The translations under genes were made by a program, and so were the position numbers. The notes beneath the pieces are model-generated. The model saw only the letters and a program-made list of their open reading frames with translations, searched no databases and was not told the origin of the DNA. Of a stretch of DNA of 24,878 nucleotides, positions 1 to 7,393 are shown piece after piece (positions within the stretch are counted from its first letter, which is position 1; every line of letters begins with the position of its first letter). This stretch comes from a virus (lineage: Duplodnaviria > Caudoviricetes): the IMG/VR virus record IMGVR_UViG_3300037149_000068, positions 1-24,878 of that record; one strand, given 5' to 3'.

Positions 1-581
1 GGCTCTGCCTGGGCATGGGCCTGCGGGTGAATGAGGCGGTTGCGGCTCGGTGGGAATGGCTCGATTGGGAACGCAAGACCTACACCCCCGGCCGGACCAA
101 GGGCCGCGAGGCCAAGCCGCGGCCGGTGGTGCCCTGGCTGCTGGAGGAGTTGCAGCCCCGCCAGACCGTTGGCTTCATGCTGCCCACCCGTCCAGGCCAT
201 CCCATCACCGACAAGCGGATCCGCTACGTCATGGGCAAGGCCAACCGCAACCTGGGGCTACCGAACATCACGCCGCACCGGCTGCGCGGCACCTACGCGA
301 CTCTGCTGGCGGTGGCCGGGACGCCGATCCAGGACATTCAGGCGGCTCTGGGGCACGAATCCATCCTGACCACTCAGGGCTATCTGGAGGTGGACGTGGA
401 CCGTATCCGTTCTGGTCAGATTTCCATTTCCGGCTGGCTGAACCTGCCAAGGCGGGGAATGGGCGCGCCCAAGGGTGCCAATCCCCATGAAGCCGAGATC
501 GGCAAGTTTCCTGGAGAAATCTCTAAAGATGCGCAAGTGTTGAAAACAGGTGTTCCCAAGGTTCGGAGGATCGGCAAATGA
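1..581 (+). CDS. Tyrosine recombinase/integrase, C-terminal catalytic domain (5' truncated by window)
   Basis: Motifs GLRVNEA (catalytic R), HRLRGTYAT (HxLR) and LGHESILTTQGY (H and catalytic Y). The frame is open to the window start, so ATG 15 is probably internal. Confidence 0.93.
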   Translation, partial: LCLGMGLRVNEAVAARWEWLDWERKTYTPGRTKGREAKPRPVVPWLLEELQPRQTVGFMLPTRPGHPITDKRIRYVMGKANRNLGLPNITPHRLRGTYATLLAVAGTPIQDIQAALGHESILTTQGYLEVDVDRIRSGQISISGWLNLPRRGMGAPKGANPHEAEIGKFPGEISKDAQVLKTGVPKVRRIGK

Positions 582-853
582 TGGCAGAGCACCTGAGCCA
601 ACTTCCCGAGGCCGTCCGAATCACCCTGGCGGTGCTCGAAGCCCAGCTCGCCGAAGACGATCGCAGGCTCGAAGCGGCCATTCTCGCCGCTGCCCGAGAT
701 TCCCGGCTCGCCGCTCGGGTGCCGGCCCTGTGTGATGCTCTCCATGCGCAACACCCCGGCTTATCCCAGCGGTTTATCTTCCGTGCTGTGGCCTTGTCCA
801 CTGGGCTGCACGAACGCCATATCGCACGGCTGTTTTATCGGAGGAACCAATAA
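578..853 (+). CDS. Small HTH protein, Mor/C-like transcription activator candidate
   Basis: 91 aa, ATGA overlap with the recombinase stop. C-terminal AVALSTGLHERHIARLFY resembles the Mor-family HTH. Lies just before the late genes. Confidence 0.55.
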   Translation: MMAEHLSQLPEAVRITLAVLEAQLAEDDRRLEAAILAAARDSRLAARVPALCDALHAQHPGLSQRFIFRAVALSTGLHERHIARLFYRRNQ

Positions 854-1602
854 TGTTCAAAGTCTCTGTGGATCCCAGCAGCCTGCTCGGAAGCCTGAGT
901 GAGATGAACCAGCGCCACATCCCATTCATCGTGTCCAAGGCACTCAACGCCATTGCCAACGATGCGCAGAAGGCCGAGCGGGAACACATCCAGAGCGCTT
1001 TCCACATCCGTCGCCCGTGGGTACTGCAGGGCGTCTACATCAGCAAAGCGGACCGCGCGACCAAGTCCAGCTGGGCGGCCACCATCCAGATTCAGGGCGA
1101 TCGAGACTTCCTGACCCGGTTCGAGCGCGGTGATCTGAAATATCCCACGCACGGCAAGTGGGTTTGGGTTCCTAACGCGGACGTATTCAAAGGACAAGTG
1201 GTCCTATATAGCGATCCTTTGCACCCACGGAACCTCATGTTCCAGCGGTCCAAGGGTGGCCAGATGCAGGGCAACGACCGAACGTTCATGGTCCATGGCA
1301 AGAAGGGTGGGCCGCTTGTTCTGCAACGGATATCACGCGCTGGCAAAGGCGTATCCCAGCGCATCGGTCAAGGCTACGTGCGCAAGGGCAGCGGGCGCGA
1401 TGTTGGTACCGGTCGCTTCACGGCTGGTGCTACCTCCAAGCGTGTCCGTGGCGGTGGCGTCCGTATGCTCTATACCCTCGTGAGCAAGGTCAAGATTCCA
1501 GTGCGCCTGCAGTTCGTGGAGATCGTCACCAACACCGTCGTGGCCCAGTGGGAAGGCCGTCTATCCGAAGCGATGAACTACGCATTGAACACGGCGAAGT
1601 GA
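853..1602 (+). CDS. Lambda gpZ / HK97 gp10-like tail completion protein
   Basis: 249 aa basic protein. N-terminus RHIPFIVSKALNAIANDAQKAERE and C-terminus RLSEAMNYALNTAK fit this family. TAATG coupling to the upstream gene. Confidence 0.6.
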   Translation: MFKVSVDPSSLLGSLSEMNQRHIPFIVSKALNAIANDAQKAEREHIQSAFHIRRPWVLQGVYISKADRATKSSWAATIQIQGDRDFLTRFERGDLKYPTHGKWVWVPNADVFKGQVVLYSDPLHPRNLMFQRSKGGQMQGNDRTFMVHGKKGGPLVLQRISRAGKGVSQRIGQGYVRKGSGRDVGTGRFTAGATSKRVRGGGVRMLYTLVSKVKIPVRLQFVEIVTNTVVAQWEGRLSEAMNYALNTAK

Positions 1603-1728
1603 CGTATGTTAATGATGTTCGGGACGTGTGTTCACTTGCCGTTGATCCACTATGCGGACATTCATATGAATATCGTCTCCATTCATACTCTAGTATGTCT
1701 GTGGACATACTGCACCCCCCCCCGTCAT

Positions 1729-1765
1729 GGGTCCTTCCAGCGAGATCCCGGGCGGGTATCGCGCC
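1729..1765 (+). other. Putative cos packaging site (cosQ-like GGGTCCT followed by candidate cosN region)
   Basis: GGGTCCT at 1729-1735 is identical to lambda cosQ. It is followed by GC-rich GGCGGGTATCGCG and lies about 100 nt upstream of a Nu1-like terS. Confidence 0.6.
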
Positions 1766-1828
1766 AGCAGCTCCTTGTTTGTCTAGCTGCAAGCTTTCAA
1801 CCTCTGTCGCCGTCTTATAGGGTATGAA

Positions 1829-2326
1829 ATGATAACGAAGGACTCATTAACTCGATTAAAACAGGTTGAAATAGCTGCACTCCTTGACCGGGATGAGCGA
1901 ACGGTCCAGCGCTGGCACGATGACGGTTTACCACGACACGGCACCGGACGAGGCTCCTACTACGTTTGGGCCGAGGTGCGCGCCTGGGATCAGGCCCGGC
2001 TGTCGGGTTCGGAGGGGGAGGCACCGACCGACAAGGAGCGGGAGCAGTGCGCCAAGGCGGACCTGGCCGAGATGGAGGCGGCCCGGATGCGCGGGACCCT
2101 CATGGATTCGACCGAAGCCCGGAATGCATGGCAGGACTTCCTGGCCCGGATCCGAGCCAATCTCCGCGACTTTCCAAAGCGGTTGATCCCCCTGCTGGAG
2201 GAGGCCGGGAACCCAAGCGAACGGCTGGACATCGCCCGCAAGGAGATGGACTCGACCCTCCGGGACCTGGTGGCCGAGCAGCAGCGTCTGGCCACCGGCG
2301 AGGGTGAGGATGGACCGGATGAGTAG
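1829..2326 (+). CDS. terS: Terminase small subunit (Nu1-like)
   Basis: N-terminal wHTH (QVEIAALLDRDERTVQRWHDDGLP) followed by the AKADLAEMEAARMRGTL coiled segment. Directly upstream of GpA-type terL. Confidence 0.88.
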   Translation: MITKDSLTRLKQVEIAALLDRDERTVQRWHDDGLPRHGTGRGSYYVWAEVRAWDQARLSGSEGEAPTDKEREQCAKADLAEMEAARMRGTLMDSTEARNAWQDFLARIRANLRDFPKRLIPLLEEAGNPSERLDIARKEMDSTLRDLVAEQQRLATGEGEDGPDE

Positions 2327-4298
2327 CCTTGCCAACCCTCTCCAGGAACTGGCCCAGGCGGCCACCTTCCTGCTCCCGCCGCCCACCATCTCCGGCAGCC
2401 AGTGGGCCGCCGAGTACCGGGTGCTCAGCCAGGAGGACTCCTCTGCGGCCGGCCGGTGGAACCGGGACGCCCGGCCCTACCAGAACGAGATCCTGGACGT
2501 GGCCACGGACCTCACCACGGAGCGGGTTTCGGTGGAGGGCGCCAGCCAATGGGGCAAGACCCAGGTGCTGCTCTGCATCGCCGGGTATTTCATCCACATC
2601 GACCCGGGCCCGATGATGGTCGTGAACCCGACCGTGGGCGCCGTTGAGAACTGGTCGAAGACCCGGTTCACGCCCATGGTGCGGGACTGCCCTGAACTCC
2701 GGACCCTGGTGTCCGACCAGAAGAGCCGGGACAGCTCCAACACGATCCTGAACAAGCGGTTCCCGGGCGGCCTGCTGGTCGGCGTCGGCGCGAACGCGCC
2801 CACCGGCCTGGCGGCCCAGCCCATCCGGGTCCTGCTCATGGACGAGGTGGACCGCTTCCCGAAGAAGGGGGCCGGGACCGAGGGTGATTCCCGGAAGCTG
2901 GCCGAGGCCCGCACCGCGGACTTCCGGTGGAGCAAGAAAATTTATGAGTGCTCGAGCCCGACCATCAAGGACGAATCCAACATCGATGACAGCTACCAGC
3001 GGAGCGACCGGCGGCAATGGTGGATCACCTGCCCGCACTGCGGCCACGAGCAGACCTTGAGCTTCTGGAGCGTGATCTGGCATGACCGGCAGTCCCTGGC
3101 CGACGCCTTCTATGCCTGCTGCGGCGCCGGCTGTGCGATCTCGGAGCCCGAGCTGCGCCGCGCGGTCCGGCTGGGCCGGTGGATCGCCGGGCGCCCGGAC
3201 GTGAAGGGGCACGCCGGGTTCTATGTCCCGGGGATCATGGTCAAGCCGATGGCGGAGCTGGCCAAGGGGTTCCTGGAGGCGAAGGACGCCGGGCCCCAGG
3301 AGCTGCAGGTGTTCTACAACACGCAGCTGGGCGAGCTATGGAACCTGCGCCAGGGTGAGGAAGTGGCAGTGGAGGGGCTCCTGAAGCGGGCCCGGGAGAG
3401 CAGCTACGGATCCGGGGTGGTCCCGGCCGGCGTCGGTCTCCTGGTGGCAGCCGTGGACAACCAGAGCAGCCCCCAGCGACTGGAGTTCCTGGTGCGAGGA
3501 TTCGGGGTAGGGGGGGAGAAGTGGACCATCCAGCATGAGGTCATCCCGGGGAACTTGGCGCTTCCCGAGGTTTGGGACCGCCTGCAGGAGCTGATCCTGC
3601 AGCCCTGGCCCAGGGAGGATGAAGGTCGCCCCATGCGGATCAAGGCGTGCGCTCTGGACATCGGCGGAAACTTCACCAGCGAGGTATACAAGTTTTGCAA
3701 GCGGAAGAAGCTGGCCGGCATCACCCACCCGGTGAAGGGCGCCACGAAGCCTCAGGCCAAGATTGTTCGGCGGTCCGGGAAGCGGGCCCGGTTGTTCCTG
3801 GTGGATGGCGTGGCGGCGAAGGACACCATCTACGCCTGCCTGAAGATCGACAAGCCCGGGTTCGGGTACCAGCACTTCCCGAACGATACCGACCAGGTGT
3901 ACTTCGAGCAGCTCTTCGCGGAGAAGCCCTGCCACCGAGCCGGGGTCCGCGCCTATGAGCGCGTGCCCTCCGATGCCCCGAACGAGATCCTGGACTTACA
4001 TGTTTACTGCGATGCTGCCCAGGCCATCTGGGGAACTCCCCGGGACTGGGCGGCCATGGTGGCCAAGGCTGCAGAAAAACCAACACAGGAGGAACCGATG
4101 GACGAGCCTCACCCCACCGAAGAAGAACCCGAGCAAACCCCGGAGGAGCCAGCCCCGGCGCCGGCCCCTGCGGCGGTCCGCGTCATCCGCCCCAAGAACC
4201 GTCCCGGTGGCGCGGTCACCAGCACTTCAACCGCCGGGATACCGCTTGCCCAGCTCCGGGGAGCTACCGGAGGCGCCGGAGGGTCGGGGGCTTGGTAG
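2304..4298 (+). CDS. terL: Terminase large subunit, lambda GpA family
   Basis: RPYQNEILD, Walker A-like GASQWGKT, Walker B LLMDEVD, SSPT, CPHC, FYNTQLGE, nuclease AVDNQ and NEILDLHVY. Start could be 2304, 2310 or 2319. Confidence 0.96.
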   Translation: MRMDRMSSLANPLQELAQAATFLLPPPTISGSQWAAEYRVLSQEDSSAAGRWNRDARPYQNEILDVATDLTTERVSVEGASQWGKTQVLLCIAGYFIHIDPGPMMVVNPTVGAVENWSKTRFTPMVRDCPELRTLVSDQKSRDSSNTILNKRFPGGLLVGVGANAPTGLAAQPIRVLLMDEVDRFPKKGAGTEGDSRKLAEARTADFRWSKKIYECSSPTIKDESNIDDSYQRSDRRQWWITCPHCGHEQTLSFWSVIWHDRQSLADAFYACCGAGCAISEPELRRAVRLGRWIAGRPDVKGHAGFYVPGIMVKPMAELAKGFLEAKDAGPQELQVFYNTQLGELWNLRQGEEVAVEGLLKRARESSYGSGVVPAGVGLLVAAVDNQSSPQRLEFLVRGFGVGGEKWTIQHEVIPGNLALPEVWDRLQELILQPWPREDEGRPMRIKACALDIGGNFTSEVYKFCKRKKLAGITHPVKGATKPQAKIVRRSGKRARLFLVDGVAAKDTIYACLKIDKPGFGYQHFPNDTDQVYFEQLFAEKPCHRAGVRAYERVPSDAPNEILDLHVYCDAAQAIWGTPRDWAAMVAKAAEKPTQEEPMDEPHPTEEEPEQTPEEPAPAPAPAAVRVIRPKNRPGGAVTSTSTAGIPLAQLRGATGGAGGSGAW

Positions 4299-4376
4299 AT
4301 TCCCGCGCATTTCGAACCGTCAAGGAATCCTTGACCGTTCATTGTCTTCCCCTTCACCAGGGGCCTTTCCATGTCT

Positions 4377-4422
4377 GTTGCTATCCCATAGCAACGCCTC
4401 GGCCACGGCCAACTTCCATTCT
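4377..4422 (+). promoter_or_regulatory. Putative activator-dependent late promoter 1 (GTTGCTAT-N3-ATAGCAAC plus -10-like CATTCT)
   Basis: Perfect 8-bp inverted repeat at 4377-4395, 21-nt spacer, hexamer at 4417-4422. Same architecture recurs at 6771-6816. Confidence 0.7.
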
Positions 4423-4441
4423 GGGGTCTCTGGAGTCCCCC

Positions 4442-4942
4442 ATGGCATCCCTGGCCGCTGCAATGCCCTTCCTACTCCGCGACGAAGGCGGTTGGTCCGA
4501 CGATCCGTCCGACCCGGGCGGTGCCACCATGCACGGGGTGACGCTGCGCACCGCCCAGCAGATGCTCGGCATCACCTCGCCGGAGCAGCTGCGGGCCATC
4601 ACGCCGGAGCAACTGAAGCAGGTGTATGGCTCCCCTGAGTTCTGGCGCTATGACGGGATCCAGGACCAGCGGGTGGCCACGAAGGTTTTCGATATCGGTG
4701 TGGACATCGGGATGGGAACCGAGATCCGCATCCTGCAGAAGGTTCTGGGCGTAGCCGAGGACGGCGTGTGGGGCCCTGCTACCCAGGCGGCCACCAACGC
4801 CCAGGACCCCAACCAGCTGCTCCCGGCCCTGTGCGAGGCGGCCCGGGAGCACTACATCGCGGTGGCGCAGGCCCATCCCGTGGAGGGGAAATTCCTGATC
4901 GGCTGGGAGCATCGGGCGGAGGAAATCCCTGATGCTGCCTGA
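4442..4942 (+). CDS. Endolysin, glycoside hydrolase family 108 with C-terminal peptidoglycan-binding region
   Basis: EGGWSDDPSDPGGATMHGVT signature, LQKVLGVAEDGVWGPAT and KFLIGWEHR. GGAG RBS before ATG 4442, so the ORF-track start at 4292 is probably too long. Confidence 0.92.
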   Translation: MASLAAAMPFLLRDEGGWSDDPSDPGGATMHGVTLRTAQQMLGITSPEQLRAITPEQLKQVYGSPEFWRYDGIQDQRVATKVFDIGVDIGMGTEIRILQKVLGVAEDGVWGPATQAATNAQDPNQLLPALCEAAREHYIAVAQAHPVEGKFLIGWEHRAEEIPDAA

Positions 4943-5255
4943 TCCATGTGCGACCCCTTCGGAGATCGCCCCTAAGACTGGCCGTATTGGCCAGTTGGAA
5001 CAGGAGAGCCTGGGCCTTTTCCAGAGGCTGATTCGGACGGATCAGCCGGAGGAGGTGCGGCGGGCCCTGATGTGGATCGCGGGATGCACGCTGTGCTTTT
5101 GCCTGGTGGTACTCACCCTGGCGGTCTGGTATCAAGCCTGCCTCGACCAGCACGTCGACGGCGGCCTAGTGGGCGCCCTCGGCATCATCTCGGGCTCGGT
5201 GGCGGGTCTCGCCGGCGTGGCCTACCACAAGCAGGGAGGACCCAATGGCGACTAA
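4932..5255 (+). CDS. Putative holin
   Basis: 107 aa with two hydrophobic segments. Overlaps the endolysin 3' end and has a GGAGG RBS. Confidence 0.6.
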   Translation: MLPDPCATPSEIAPKTGRIGQLEQESLGLFQRLIRTDQPEEVRRALMWIAGCTLCFCLVVLTLAVWYQACLDQHVDGGLVGALGIISGSVAGLAGVAYHKQGGPNGD

Positions 5256-5952
5256 CTGGAAGGCTATCGGAATCAGCGCAGCCGTGGTGCTGGCGGCCGT
5301 CTTTATCTATCGGGACCACGTCCAGGATAAGCGCGACGCGGCCCACCTCCAGCAGGCCAACGTGGACCAGGCCGGCGCCAATGCCGATGCCGGGAAGGGG
5401 AATGCGGATGTCACGCCGATGCAGGATGAGCGGAAACAGGTCGCCAAGGACACCGCGGCGGACCAGGCCAACGATCCGAAGTTGGCAGCGGACCGCGCCC
5501 GGGTGGCCAGCTTCGATCCCCGCCCTCTTCCTGGTCCCGGATCTCCCAAGGTGCCCGCTCCTGAGCCTGTGGTCGAGCCTCCGGAATCGCCTCGGGAGCT
5601 GGCTAAGGATCAGCTGATCACTGACCTGACCACGGCCCTGGCTGGCCGGGATAAGACCATCGCCGACCAGGCCAAGCTGAACGCCACCACCACCGACTAT
5701 GGCCAGCATGAGCACGCAGCCTACGCCCAGGACGCTGCCACAGTCGGCGAACTGCGGCAGGCCAATCACCCGACCTTCCGACGCGCCGCCGGGCTGCTCT
5801 ATGCGCCGGGCCAGTCGGCGGTGGGCGTCATCGTCGAGCAGGACATCGCCCGGGTGCGGGTTGTGGGCGAACTCATTCAGCAGGGCCTACCGGCGATGGC
5901 CGGCGGACGCAACCAAACCCTGGCGCTGATCGGCGCTGCCATCACCTTCTGA
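5245..5952 (+). CDS. Spanin-like lysis protein (N-terminal TM, coiled coils with Pro-rich hinge, beta-rich C-terminus ending in Phe)
   Basis: 235 aa, GGAGG RBS, TM AIGISAAVVLAAVFIY, located in the lysis cassette. Confidence 0.55.
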   Translation: MATNWKAIGISAAVVLAAVFIYRDHVQDKRDAAHLQQANVDQAGANADAGKGNADVTPMQDERKQVAKDTAADQANDPKLAADRARVASFDPRPLPGPGSPKVPAPEPVVEPPESPRELAKDQLITDLTTALAGRDKTIADQAKLNATTTDYGQHEHAAYAQDAATVGELRQANHPTFRRAAGLLYAPGQSAVGVIVEQDIARVRVVGELIQQGLPAMAGGRNQTLALIGAAITF

Positions 5953-5961
5953 GGAGGCCTC

Positions 5962-6369
5962 ATGCCTGAGATCGTCACCACCCACCTGACCCACATCTAC
6001 TGGGCCCTCGTCTGCCTGCTCGTGGCTGTCCTGGTCCACTTCTGGCCCACGATCAAGACGTGGTGGGCCGCCCGGGCCGCCGCGGCCGAAGCCGAGGGCA
6101 AGCGGGCCAAGGCGCTGGCGGAGCTGGCCGCCGTGGACGTCGAATCGCTGTTCAAGCGTATCGAGGACGCTTTCGATGCCAAAGTCAAGGCCCTCGAAGC
6201 CAAGGCCAAGGACATGGAGTCCCGGATCGACGCCCGGGTGGCGGCCGATGCCTTGAAGGTCGCCGCCGCAGTCGATCCGGCCACCGATCCTGCGTCCGCG
6301 CCGGCCGCGCCCGAAATCGTCACGATTCCCGCCGCCACGCCAGTGCGTTCCCTGATCCCCTCGGCCTAA
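5962..6369 (+). CDS. Membrane-anchored coiled-coil protein (lysis cassette, function unknown)
   Basis: 135 aa, GAGGAGG RBS, one N-terminal TM, Ala/Lys/Glu-rich helix. Confidence 0.7.
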   Translation: MPEIVTTHLTHIYWALVCLLVAVLVHFWPTIKTWWAARAAAAEAEGKRAKALAELAAVDVESLFKRIEDAFDAKVKALEAKAKDMESRIDARVAADALKVAAAVDPATDPASAPAAPEIVTIPAATPVRSLIPSA

Positions 6370-6372
6370 CGC

Positions 6373-6711
6373 ATGCCCCTTCTCGGCATTTTCCTGAGCA
6401 TCCTTGGCATCATCGCAACCAGCGTGCTATCGATCTGGGCCACCCTGAAAGCGGATCGCCGGGCTCGGCATCAGGACCGCCAGCGCCAGGATGAACAGCG
6501 CGAGCAGGACCAGAAGGCCCAGCTGCACCAGATGGAGCAGCTCCTGCAAACGATGGTGGTGGAGAAGATCGAAGCGGCCTTCAAGGAAATCGGCAAGCTC
6601 CAGCTTCAGGTCGGCGCTGTCGAACGGTCCCACTCGCACCTCCTGGGCTTCCTGCAGGGAAAGGGATGCACCGTCCCGGACTTCTGCGATACCAAGGATC
6701 CCCCTCCGTAG
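6373..6711 (+). CDS. Membrane-anchored coiled-coil protein (possible holin/antiholin-like)
   Basis: 112 aa, N-terminal TM LLGIFLSILGIIATSVLSIW followed by a Gln-rich coiled coil. Confidence 0.65.
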   Translation: MPLLGIFLSILGIIATSVLSIWATLKADRRARHQDRQRQDEQREQDQKAQLHQMEQLLQTMVVEKIEAAFKEIGKLQLQVGAVERSHSHLLGFLQGKGCTVPDFCDTKDPPP

Positions 6712-6735
6712 GCCCACCCTGCGCCCCGTTCCCCG

Positions 6736-6765
6736 CCGCCCGCTCCCCGCGGGCGGTGTGCGTTT
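6736..6765 (+). terminator. Possible terminator after lysis cassette
   Basis: Stem CCGCCCGC/GCGGGCGG (6736-6756) followed by a weak T-tract (TGTGCGTTT). Confidence 0.4.
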
Positions 6766-6769
6766 GGGG

Positions 6770-6816
6770 TGTTGCTATGCGATAGCAACAGTCCCCGGCC
6801 GCCCAGGTCTGAAAGT
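6770..6816 (+). promoter_or_regulatory. Putative activator-dependent late promoter 2 (TGTTGCTAT-N3-ATAGCAACA plus -10-like GAAAGT)
   Basis: Perfect 9-bp inverted repeat at 6770-6790. The hexamer at 6811-6816 lies 21 nt from the core palindrome, as in promoter 1. Confidence 0.7.
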
Positions 6817-6823
6817 TGGACCC

Positions 6824-7393
6824 ATGGACGATAAGTGGATCAGGTTGCCAAAGAAGATCCAGAGCGGAGACAGCTTCTCCTGGGATCCGATTGACCTCGT
6901 TTCCGAGTACCCAGCCGGGCCTAGCTGGACCCTGACCATGTATCTGTTCCTGGTAGGCGCGGCCCCTGGGACGGCGCCGGTGAGCATCCAGGCCACAGCC
7001 GACGCGAACAGCTGCTTTGTGTTGGCTCAGACCCCGGCCCAGACGGCTGCGTGGACCCCGGGTGAATACCACTGGACCCTGATCGTCCAGAGCGCGGATG
7101 GAACCCAGCGAAAGACCCTGGACCACGGGGAAATCCGGGTGGGGATCAACCCCATGCTTCCCCCGGCTGGCTATGACCCCCGCACCCATGCCGAAAAATG
7201 CCTGGCCGCGATCACCGCTGTCCTCGAAGGCCGGATGAGCGAGTCCATCACCGAATACAAGCTCGACAACGGCATCGAGGCAAAGCACATGGACCATGCC
7301 GAGCTGATGCGGCTCCGGGCCTACTACGCCGGGGTGGTCCGGCGCCAGCGGGGCAAGGCGTTTTTTACCCATATCCCTGTGAGGTTCAACTAG
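6824..7393 (+). CDS. gpW-like head-tail adaptor with N-terminal beta-rich extension
   Basis: 189 aa from ATG 6824. C-terminal HAEKCLAAITAVLEGR...EYKLDNG...ELMRLRAYY matches the gpW pattern. Immediately upstream of the portal. Confidence 0.75.
   Translation: MDDKWIRLPKKIQSGDSFSWDPIDLVSEYPAGPSWTLTMYLFLVGAAPGTAPVSIQATADANSCFVLAQTPAQTAAWTPGEYHWTLIVQSADGTQRKTLDHGEIRVGINPMLPPAGYDPRTHAEKCLAAITAVLEGRMSESITEYKLDNGIEAKHMDHAELMRLRAYYAGVVRRQRGKAFFTHIPVRFN

Noticed and set aside
1548-1827. ORFs across the cos region
   Set aside because: Atypical composition, no RBS, and overlap with palindromes and the cosQ-like site. Probably non-coding.
5699-5929. Nested Rz1-like o-spanin
   Set aside because: The ORF has a Cys but no hydrophobic signal peptide or lipobox.
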